A stretch of DNA of 63,992 nucleotides, counting the filler, from Octopus bimaculoides (lineage: Eukaryota), in the NCBI RefSeq assembly GCF_001194135.2. It is 5 parts of 4 records of this genome, joined end to end, with 100 filler letters (N's around TTAATTAATTAA, not from the genome) between each part and the next. Parts side by side here need not be neighbours in the genome. Positions count along the whole stretch, not along the records: positions 17,522 to 45,571 come from NC_068994.1; 4 more parts are not named here. One strand, written 5' to 3'. The notes under the pieces are model-generated. The model was not told the origin of the DNA, did not search any database, and worked only from the letters and a program-made list of their open reading frames with translations. Position numbers and translations under genes: made by a program. Every line of letters starts with the position of its first letter. Within the stretch, counting starts at the first letter, position 1. Positions 27,766-40,120 of this stretch are shown piece after piece.

Positions 27766-28482
27766 GTAATATATATTATATGTATGTGTATATATGTACG
27801 TGTATATATGTGCATAAATATATACATATTATATATATGATGAACAGTAATAGAGAGAGAGGGAGGGAGGGAGAATTTCTCGAATCCTAATCATACATGC
27901 ATTGAAGCATGTCGCGTGCGGGCGCGTTTGTAAATAGCGATCGCTCTAGAAGTGGTAGAAAACTCATTGAGAAGACACGCTCCGTCTTCTGCAGCCCAGA
28001 CGACGGCGCGTGGGTGTTTATTATTGAATGAGAATCAGTGGTGTGGCTCCTCTGGCTGCGGTCCAGGATGTCTGCACGTAAAAACAGCAGCAGCAGCAGC
28101 AGCAGCAGCAGTACCGCAGATTCAGGAGCAGTTGTTCATTGTGGACCTCACTCACGACTTATAGAGTACAGCAGCAGCAGCAGCTGTGGGGCTAGGCTTG
28201 AATTACGGCTCTCGCCAGGTGAGATCCCGGTGTGCATGTGGTGTTCTCTTGGCAACTAACATGTAGAGGCAAGACCGCTTCCGGACCACCTGCACTATAT
28301 GTACACACGCACGCACGCACGCACGCACCCCCACACATTGTACTTAGATGTGTATTTATTTACGATTACACATGCATAAATATTTTCGTGCATGTGGTCG
28401 CATAGACATATGTAAGAATGTTTCAGCGTCTTTGACGCCCTGCATCTGCTCTGGCTTGATGGACGATTAGCAATCGGCAGTG

Positions 28483-28537
<55 letters not shown>

Positions 28538-28591
28538 CTTGGTTTATATTTTATACATCTCTATTAAACCATGTTATTTTTTGTTCCCCCT

Positions 28592-28635
<44 letters not shown>

Positions 28636-29266
28636 TCTTTCTTCTTTTCCTCCCTCACACCCATTCTCCTCCGCCTCACACTCTCCCTTCCCCTTACCCC
28701 ACTCGCCTACCCCTCTCCTTTCAATATATTTCAAACTGTTTTTCTGCTGTTTGTTTATTCTTTAGCAAGCTGTATGTATGTACGTGTGTATACGTATATA
28801 TGTGTCTACGTATCTATATGTATGTATGCATCTATCTATTTGTTTCTACATGTCTATATGTCTTTATGTATCTATATGCATGTATGCATGCACGTGAAGG
28901 TTGCATTTCTCAAGAGAATCTATTTTTATGTGATTTCTGACGCCATTTTGGTTGTTTAGTGTATCAGCTTCAAGTAGAAAAGATTCCAGGTATTGTATCA
29001 GTTGCAAACATGGCCGCCGTGTAACTGCATGTATGAATAGGTATATGTGTGTGTATATACACTCGCAAATACACACACATTTATGTGTACCAATGTGTCT
29101 ATATGCATGCATCTATCTCTGTATGTGTCTATGTGTGGACGCGCGCACGCGCACACACTATTTCTCTATCTTACGTGGTTTTTATAAACGGTCTGTATGT
29201 CGTACATAAATATAGGTGAATAGAGTTAATCGTAAATTTTGATCTTCCTCTCCACCTCCCTCCCTC

Positions 29267-29324
<58 letters not shown>

Positions 29325-29965
29325 GCGTCTATTCTCTCTCTCACTTATTGCTAATACTACTAAAATTATTACTATCATTACCGTCATTGTTGTTGTTGTT
29401 GTTATTATCATCATCATCATCATTACTAGTTTTGTTTTTACTTCTATATTCAAGTTATATGGGTCTTTATTCTTACTTGCCGCCCTCTCCTTAGCCTTCT
29501 CATTCGCTCTCTTCGACCGTCTCATATATAAAAGGACACTCACACGCCGCACACACATGCATGCACATTCGTAAACGTGCATCTGCGTGCAGCTTTACAA
29601 ATATCAATCTTAGTATATATACATACGTCTTTGTGTTGCATATATACACACACACACACATATATGTACTCACACATACACACAGCATACACGTATATAN
29701 NNNNNNNNNNNNNNNNNNNNNNNNNNNNNNNNNNNNNNNNNNNNNNNNNNNNNNNNNNNNNNNNNNNNNNNNNNNNNNNNNNNNNNNNNNNNNNNNNNNN
29801 NNNNNNNNNNNNNNNNNNNNNNNNNNNNNNNNNNNNNNNNNNNNNNNNNNNNNNNNNNNNNNNNNNNNNNNNNNNNNNNNNNNNNNNNNNNNNNNNNNNN
29901 NNNNNNNNNNNNNNNNNNNNNNNNNNNNNNNNNNNNNNNNNNNNNNNNNNNNNNNNNNNNNNNNN

Positions 29966-30028
<63 letters not shown>

Positions 30029-31946
30029 TCAGAGAACTATACAAGCATTTACTTTCAAGTTCATTGTGAGAGAGACAAGACGACGAAGAATGGTTAAGTA
30101 TTTAATGTCAAACTAAATAGACACAAATTGAGTACGATGAAGATGATGATGATGATAATCCTTTCTGCTATAGGCACAAGGCCTAGATTTCGTGGGGAGG
30201 GAGACAGTCGATCACTCAACTCGTACTTGATTTTTCGACCCCGAAAGGATGAAAGGCAAAAATCCTGACCACATTCCAAATGCCATGCATCGAAGTTTTG
30301 CTTGACTCAGGATTCCAGCTTCGTCAATGAAATGAGCTGACTTACCAATGAAAGGCGTCGCTTTAAGAAGATTCCGAAAAGCAGACGCTGGAATCTGGTC
30401 TGACGAAAGTGGATTCAGGTCCCATGGTCAGACGATGTAGGTTGGGATCAAACCAGACCCAAGTAGTGCGGTCTGTTCGCCAGACCAGCACTCCATAACG
30501 ACACCCATCAGTTCGGTTTTGCATACCCAGATCTCGAGCTGCAAGCCCATCGATTTGTATGGTTTATTTTCAGCCCCTTCAACAGTTTTGTACTCATTGA
30601 GAGTGGTACCGACCGTTTCCACTTCGATGGCATTCGGCCCATGACGGTGACGTTCGCAGACGCCAGTATGTCCCTCTCGCGTCTCCGTTCGAAAGGAATG
30701 TCCCTCAAGTGCTTCGTTTTTGACAGCAAAAATCTCAACCAAAATAAACAGAAAAGGTGAGAGGTGAGGCTGCGGACCTCCGAGCAAATACCAATGTACG
30801 TTGACGCGATAGGTCTGAAATAAGCCGATTTCCGAACGACTACCGAGTAATTGTGGTCGATCATATCGAAAGCTTTCGATTAATTCAAATTGATCAGGAC
30901 TGCACTGAAGCCAGATTTATTCCAAAGCATCCCAATATATTGTATGAGGTGAAGTTTGGACTGGGTAGACCTGATCGGGGTCGAACGCGTTTGTGTTTGC
31001 TTCACTAAATCATCGACGACAAACACCAACTCTTTTACTAACATCTTGACCATAATCTGAAGCGGTGTTCAGCAGAGTCACGGGTATCTTGTCGACGTCC
31101 TTTCTCAGGAAAATCACAAATCACAGCACTGCTTATTCTCCCATTCTCTTCTGCTGATAACAGGTCGTTAAACAAGCCTGGCATGTATTCGTGAAACGAG
31201 CAGGCCAGATCAGCCAGATTGGATGATTTGTGCTTCGTGCATATTTCCCATATTTCATCTGCTGCTATTGGCTTTTGGCAGGACATCGCGTCTTCCGTCG
31301 AGAATCGCTACAAGCTGCCGTCAAGGTAGGTACTAGAGTCTGCTGCCGTCCTTGAAATGTTCAGGGCTTTGCCAGAAAGCCGAATACAGATTTTCTTTTG
31401 CTTGACTGGGCAGAAAGTCACTTTAGTTTATAGCTGGGAACTAAGAGCTTTGAGCAAAGTGTCAGTGAAATGAAACTGAAGCCTCGTCCTTAGCTTGGCT
31501 GGAGCTAACCGAATAAAGCTGATTTGTTACATGTCCGAAGCCAAATAGTTGTGTGCGTGTGGGGGATTTAGAGTCGAGTGGACAGGGTATGACTGGTATT
31601 TAATACTTATTTCCAATGGTCTTGGTAAAAAAGGTGCGGATATTTTGAGTGACATTAATAAAATATTGGGAGGAACAGGAGAAGAAGGCAAAACGATCAG
31701 CTTACTTATTGATGAGAGAAAAAGAGAGAGAGATGATGATGATGACGGTTGAGTAACCGATTAGATCGATGGAGTGTATTACTGGTATTTATTTTAATGA
31801 TCACAGAGGGGTCGGCAAGCGAAATCAGTCTTGGTGATCGGGGACCAGAAGTAGTCTAAGCATCATTTGAGAGGCGAAAGAGCAAAATTTACTCTCTCAT
31901 ACCCCACCAAGCATGGATACACACACACACAATCAAACATAATCAT

Positions 31947-31978
<32 letters not shown>

Positions 31979-32120
31979 ACACACACACACACACACACAC
32001 AGACTCCAAATAGATTGGATTTGGTCTGCGTCGGCAAAACATATTATTTAGTAAAATCAATAAAAAGAGTCTTTGCCCCATGACATGTTCACAAGAATTT
32101 TTATTTATTGATTTTACTCA

Positions 32121-32155
<35 letters not shown>

Positions 32156-32165
32156 CATGTGTATA

Positions 32166-32206
<41 letters not shown>

Positions 32207-32215
32207 GCACACTCT

Positions 32216-32253
<38 letters not shown>

Positions 32254-33707
32254 GACACGCGAACACTATCCTAAATGTGTAGAATCGGAAATGTCTATGT
32301 AAGTAAGCAAGAATGCAAATGAATGCAGTAAAGCCATGCGCACACATAGCACACTTGTGTATGCGCATGCGTTTGTGGCTTCCTGAGGATGCATATCTAT
32401 ATATATGAGTATATATGCATATGTGTGTTTGTATAGATGTGTAAGAGAGAATGTGTATGAATGTGCATGTGTGCGTGTATGCGTATATATGTATGTGTAT
32501 ACGCGTCTTAGTATGTCTGTGTGTGTATGTGTGTGTGTATGTGTGTATGTGTGTGTACGTGTGTGTGCGTGCGCAAGCGTGTGTGTGTGTGTGTGTGCAA
32601 TGACGTGTGTATCAATGAAAGATATTGTACTGGAATACCTCCTGTAACCATAGCAATGGCAGCTGCTCTCTGATACGAAGAATCTCATTCGAACCGTGAC
32701 AGCTTCCTGCTGCCTTCCACTCGTTTCCAGTGCTGTCCCCTTCATCTTCCTCCATCGCTACCATCCCTAACCTCACCACCAACAATTCCCCTCCTCCAAC
32801 ATCAAAAACCTAACCACCTACCACGCCTCTATCACCCCCTCACTCGCTGGCCCCGTAACCACACGGCTGTAGTCAGATCTCACCTCCATTATATCACACC
32901 ACCATTTATAAACGTTTCAATGCCACGTCACTATTTCAACAACTACAAATCTAAGTCGGTCACTCAGCTTGCAAGAAATAACAGTTATATCTCCCTCTAA
33001 TTCCCTCTGCATTAAAGAATCTAGTTCAAGAAACACTATGTCTAAACAAATATGCGATGGGGACGATCATTTCTTTAATCATAGGCTCTGTGCAATTAGA
33101 GCTTACCCTGTGCAACAGCTGATTAATCCATTTATGACCACCCTTACATATATTTCTAACCATTTCTTTCACTGATTCTTCATAATTTGTTGCGCAACTC
33201 TCGTTTCAACTCTGTTAATCTTCAGGTCTTTTTATCAACGTAGAACCTTCTCCCAGAATTACCAGACCCGAAGCACACCGCCACATTCACCCGAGACCTA
33301 TACATTCCTACCCCCCCTCTCTTTCCCTTCCCACTTTATCATTCACATCATTATGAGATTATCAAACATTATTATATTTACTTACCGTGTCCATCGTCTC
33401 CCTTTGCTGCCTAACTCTCACCTCATAACTTTTTCTCTCTATCACTCTTTCGCATTTTCATCTTTCGTTCCGGTCTTTAATTTTTAAGCCTCCGACATTA
33501 GAGCGCTCTCATGCAATTATGACAAACATCTTGGCGGTCTTGTCGCTAACGCTTCACTTGAACTCAAATATATTTGCTGTATGTAGATTTGAATGTACGC
33601 ATGTATGTATGTATGTACGTACGCATGTATGTACGCATGTGTGTATGTATGTATGTATGTATGTATGTATGTATGTATGTATGTATGTGTGTATATATGT
33701 ATGTATG

Positions 33708-33738
<31 letters not shown>

Positions 33739-33763
33739 GTGTATATATGTATGTATATGTATG

Positions 33764-33795
<32 letters not shown>

Positions 33796-33831
33796 TGTAT
33801 GTATGTGTGTATATATGTATGTATATGTATG

Positions 33832-33863
<32 letters not shown>

Positions 33864-34167
33864 TGTATGTATGGAAGGTCTGATGGATGGATGGATTTAT
33901 TAAGAATGCATTTATGTACGTGGTTATATGTGTGTTTGTAAACCACATGCAAAAATAATTGCGCGCATGTGTAGAAACATCCAGACAACATATGAATATA
34001 ATAATGAGCTGACTGTATACAGTGCTCAGGTGCACGATAAATATGTGTGTGTGTGTGTGCGTATGTATGTATGTATGTGCGTGTGGATGCTACTACAGCA
34101 CTTTATAGCTGCACAAACACTCACAGGTAACAATTCATATATCTCTAATATTTGTGAGTGCGTGTAC

Positions 34168-34203
<36 letters not shown>

Positions 34204-34447
34204 NNNNNNNNNNNNNNNNNNNNNNNNNNNNNNNNNNNNNNNNNNNNNNNNNNNNNNNNNNNTATACATATACACACACACATACACACACATATATTCA
34301 ATAATCATTAACATTGCTATAACGACAGGAAGAAACAGTAATTATTCACCCTGGTCCCGATAACGTTGATGTAGTCTTTTTAGAAGCATTAAACACTGTG
34401 ATGACGATGATGACGATGATGATGATGATGATGATGATGACGATCAC

Positions 34448-34493
<46 letters not shown>

Positions 34494-35019
34494 GTCATCA
34501 TTCCTCTCTCTCCCATCACCCTCATCACTTTCACCACTTTCATCATCATCATCATCGTCATCATCGTCATCATTCCTCTCTCTCCCATCACCCTCATCAC
34601 CCTCATCACTTTCATCATTGTCATCGTCGTCGTCGTCACTTCCGGTCAGTGAAGCATGCAATTCTCACTTGAAAATATATATTAACAAATATTTCAAATA
34701 ACTGAGGTCACTGGGAAAGGCATGAAAGCCTCACCTCATTAATGCCATCGATAATTCATAGCCTTTTTTGACTATGTGATAGAAAAATATATTATTATTG
34801 ATTTGTAGAAACACTGGTGCGTCGTACAAAATACCTTTCGCTATTTGCTTCAGTTCTTAACGCTATGAGTACAAATAGCGCCTTTTTCTTTTTCTTCTTC
34901 TTACCTTTTTCGGGGACGATAGAATAAATACAAGCCGAGCACTGGGATCGATGTGATCAACACCCCACTCCCACAAACATTTCACATCCTTTGCTTAGAG
35001 TAAAAACGGATTATTATTA

Positions 35020-35070
<51 letters not shown>

Positions 35071-38000
35071 GAATGGAAGCAGTTTCCAAGGGCGTTCGAA
35101 AATGTATTAAGAATATTGGAGCTGCTGTCAGGCTCGAGGTGATCCAGAAGACAGCATTGTTGGGTACATCTCGCATCCTAAGGAGAGTATTGTCTCATTG
35201 CTTCAATCATTTCTTCTTTACACCCCTTGACATACCAAACCATTCTATTCTCCTCTTCCCTGACACAACCTTCACAACACACCAATCCCCGTCCTCCTCC
35301 TTTCCTCTTTACATACAATCTTGACACATCACTCTTGGGGTGTAGTTCCTTGTTCATTGTCATTGATTTACGTGTTCTCCTGTCTATCGCTTGTAATTCA
35401 CGCTTCTTCCAAGATACTATTCCTGCCCCATATCTCATCAAAGCAACCGCCTACGTGTTAATTACTCTACTCTTATAGCGGCCACTTAACTTCGATTGGA
35501 GCACAAGCCGATTTCTCCTCAAATACTCTTTTCTGTACATTTCTTTCATCTTGTGTTCATTCATCTTATCGCTTCCAACGATACCCAGGTACTTGTATCT
35601 TTCCTCTCCGACTTCCTTGCCACAAGTTGTTTACTATTTATGTAGATAGCGGGTTACTACCTGTAACCTTAGGTATCCACAAGTTTTCAGCAGTCTGAGC
35701 ACTTAATAATCCTTGCTGTCCCTAAGAGACAAACTTCCTGTAAGATACAAACTGTTTGAAACGGGCATTCTATTCCAATATCCTTTAACCATTTGTCTAT
35801 ATATTTGCTTATTGTTCCCAACCAATTATTATAAGACCTAACAGTTCTTATACTCAAAATTCTTTCTATTTCGAATTTTAAGGGATTGCATGTTTTTTGT
35901 TTTTCGTCCTCTTTCTTTTCAATTATTATTATTTAGATGGTGGAGAATGGCTTTTTTTTTTATCAACTTTCATTAATTAGTCGTAATTGTGACTAACTGT
36001 CTCTTAATATGTGTGGGTACGCGTATGTATGTATGTATGTATGTATGTATGTATGTATGTATGTATGTATATGTATGTGCGTATATTATTTAGATGGTGG
36101 AGTAGAGCGCTGGTTCGGTGTCAATTCCATTTCTTTACATTTCGAGTTCGAATCACACCTTTCATCTCATCCGAAGTCGATAAACTATAATAGTAATCAA
36201 CAGTTTTTTTAGATCGATATAATTGATTTTGCTTTATTTCACTGGCTCATTTAACGAGAGCAAATTTAATCCATAAGACTTAAACTTCCGGTTACAGCGT
36301 TCACATCCCGTTAGCAGCGCTTGGAGGTGACAACCGAAACAATTCTATTAGACTTAATTTGACCAGAAAGAGTCAAACAATAGAGTTGGTGGTTCTTAGA
36401 TAATGAAATGGTTTCATGTCAGAATGCTCCATGTTTGATAGAAGCTGGGTACAAAATGAGATGAGAGAACATCAAAGATACTTACCTATCGTTGACACCA
36501 TCATTACAACGAAACCAGTGAACATTGGTATACTATAACCAACCCTGCAACCATAAATATGTAAAATAGTTAAAACATTCAGGAGGTCAAGTAGGGAGGC
36601 AGCCATATTTATTACAGCCGACATACTGAAAGAGTTAATAACAGTTTTTTTGGAAGACAATAATTGGGTATATGTGTACGTGTGAAATTGTTGAATCTTG
36701 TTAAGGCCTACAGTAGCTGCTTCAAACCCTTAATATTAGCTACAGTAGCAGCATGGATGGACTGGATTGATCAGTAATCCTCATACAATGGATCAGCTCC
36801 AACATCGATGCGGGGAACTACCAAACTACACTAACCACGTGTGCCACTGTTGAACAACATCATAATTGATAAAATATCAAATATGATAAAAGTATCGGGA
36901 GTGAGTAGGAATCATACATCCGGTCCGTTGGAGTTTCGCTGGTAGCAGACATGAGCCTGAGAACTGGGTGGGATGTGATTATTTGATAAAAGGTTATTCT
37001 CTATCGTCTGCATTTCTAGAAGGACAGTAGAAAAGGGGAGTAGAAAAAGGGACTAGCATTTCGTTAGAATTGTATGAAGTGCAGTGTAACAGTCTGGACA
37101 CTCTATTTGCGTACGCTCTTAAATTCTGGTGGTAGCCTTATTGGAAACGAGAAAGATGAACAACACGATCAGAACGCTATACTTGCTGTTACTTTGCACT
37201 TATCATTATTGATATTGTTGCCTAAACATTGTTGTTGTTGCTTTATTATGTCGTTGTTCTTCCTGCCGTGGTTGTTCTTCGTGTTCACAACACCAAAACC
37301 GTTTTTCAATCAACAACGTCCGACCCCCTACTTGGGCCCAACCAAATGGCACCACGTCACCAACAAATATATTTTGAAAATATTGTTTTCCTTATTACTT
37401 CAGATATTGCTTATTTATTTATTTCTTCTCAAATTACGTCCATAGTCAAACGTTTACATATCACGTGATCAACAACGACAATAAATAGAGTTTCTCAGAT
37501 TCTTTTCTCATTGTGTCAGATGCCGAATCGTCTGTGTGTTTAGTTCATGCAGGCATACATAATGTCACAATATACATATATATATATGTATGCATATGTA
37601 CGTATATGTGTGTGTGTATATGCATATGTGTGTGAGAGTATATATGCATATATATGTATAGATACATATACGCGTGTATATACATACAGTGTATATATAT
37701 ATATTAATATATATTTATATATATATGTATGGACATATATACATATATATACATGTATATATCGGTGTTTTTCGGGCGACTATAGTCCCCGTCAGTGTAT
37801 ATGTATACAATTATGTACTTTGAATACAGCACCAGAGCATTTTAGCTGCTATTTCTAGCATTGTAGGTGTTTCTAACAGCCTAGTCATATTTAGTGAAAA
37901 ATTATAGTTTTTCTTTTTGGTAAAACATTGTAGACTGCTGTCTATATTAATTTTTAAGTGGAAAGACAGTTTAGGAGAGCGTTTCAAACAGATCCAACTA

Positions 38001-40088
38001 CGTGACTTGCCATCACTCGAACGAGCAGTAAATTTGAAGCTGATGGGACAGTTCAAACTGTCTACAAGAAATGTTCTGAAAGATTGTGGACACTGATGAG
38101 TCCCACAAAGCAAGAAACGGTACATACATATTGCCAGACTTCAAACATATGGCGACGAGTCATGAGATAGCAATTTCAAAATCAAGTCTAAGTCGCATTT
38201 TGAATTGCTGTCCTTGGAGAAAATTACATTCCACGAATAGTCAATGAAGATAAAGGGTGGAGTTTTCGGAGGGATACTTGGCAGGACCACATTCTATTAA
38301 ACAAGTTCTTTAACCTCGAAATACATACCTGAAGTACGACTACTGTAGAACATAAAAGCTACGTAGTTCTATGGTTTTTCTACTCAAATGTACCTGGCGA
38401 AATCTGTCTTAAGCTGTTATTTAGCCCCAGGTCAACTTTCATTGGGAAAGCGTATGAGCACGGCATTCCTTGACCACCCTATTATTTAAAGGTATCTAAG
38501 AACTACAATATCTGATGTGTTCTTTTCTTAATTTTATAGTCTGTGTGGTACGAGTTGATTGCGAAGGTAGAATGGCAGAATTTTCCTTGCCAGTTCGACT
38601 TAAAAGCATTTAGGTCGGTACCCTGCTTTTTCTGTTACCTCACTGTTCTCTTCGAAATCAAATAAAAAAAAAAGAACCGAGACCAAGTTGAATAGTATCA
38701 TAAGAACGAATCAGTCATTCTATGTGGATAAAGTAAACATCGATTGTCCATTAAAACATTTGTCCTGTCTGGTGGTGATGGCGCGAGACGAACGCAAAAG
38801 CTGAAACCACTTCAAAATGAAAGCCACAAAACAAAAAATAAAATAAAACAAAAATGGGTTGAATTGCTAAGGTTTTTTTTTATCAACTGTCATTAAGTAG
38901 TCGTAATGGTGACTAACTGTATCTTAATATACGTGTATGTGTGTGTACGCGTATGTATGCGTGTGTATACACGTATACGTATGTGCGTATGTATATACGC
39001 ATACGTATGTGTGTGTATATACGCATATGTATGTGTGTATGTCTGTGTGTACTTAGTGCGTTTTATCGAAAGAGGAAAAGAGAAGTGAAATACATTTAAA
39101 AACACTTCAATTCTGTGACGAACGATGGTGAAAAATCATTGAAACGAGAACAGGAACGAGAAAAACCGAGAATACGTGAGAAGAATCACTTCTAAATAAA
39201 AATTAAGATTTCATTTTATTTTCAATTAATATTTGTCATCCACATATATAGTATAAAAAGCTTTCTGCGTTCTACACTGACTAATAAAACCAGTTTTTAG
39301 TCAAATGAATGATAAGTAAGATAGCTTATGACCATTGACTTCCTATGAAATACATTGTCTCTTTTGCATCCATTTAAATCAATGGCTTTAGAAGATACAT
39401 ATATGTACTCAAATGGACAAGAAGTTAGAAAATAATAGACTAGAATTAACGATTGTAGATAAGGAAAAGCGAAGTTGCTTACTCATCGTCCCTTCATGCC
39501 CATATCATTTCAGGTTTGTAAAGAAGGAGGACGAAAAAATACAATCCCTTAAAATTTGAAATAGGAAGAATTTGGAGCATGGAAACAGTAAAGGCTGTGC
39601 CTATAATAATTGGTGCATTGCGAACAGTAAGCCAAGATCTAGAGAAATGACTGAAGGAGACTGAAATAGAATGCCCAGTAGAGTTCCTACAGAAAGTTTG
39701 GCTCTTAGCGACAGCAAGGATTATCAGGAAGGTTTTAAGCATTTGGAAGACTGCTGAAAACTTATGGATACCTAAGGTTACAGGTAGTAATCTGCTATCC
39801 ACATAATTCCTACCAGGCATAAGACCGAACCTGAGCAAAACCATAATAATAATAATTATTATAATAATAATAATAATAATTCCTACAAAAGGCACAAGGC
39901 CTGAAATTTTGGGGGAGGGGACTAATCGATTATATCGACTCCAGTGTTTCACTATTACTTAATTTGTCGACCCCGAAAGGATGAAAGGCGAAGTCGGACC
40001 CGGCTCCATTTGAAATTAGAACGTAAAGGCAGACGAAATACCGCTAAGCATTTTGTCCGGCGAGCAAACGATTCAACCAGCTCGCCGC

Positions 40089-40120
<32 letters not shown>

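Noticed and set aside
28959-28990. Possible 30-nt plus-strand micro-exon (ttgtttag|TGTATCAG...TTCCAG|gtattg)
   Set aside because: Splice-like signals of this strength are expected by chance, and there is no homology support.
34389-34661. Asp/His-rich ORF (DDDD...HHHH) resembling a metal-binding protein
   Set aside because: It is the reading of a (GAT)n/(CAT)n microsatellite and has no splice context.
38093-38122. CTGATGAGTCC...GAAAC hammerhead-like core
   Set aside because: Stem II (GTCC versus GCAA) and stem I cannot pair; at best a decayed relic.
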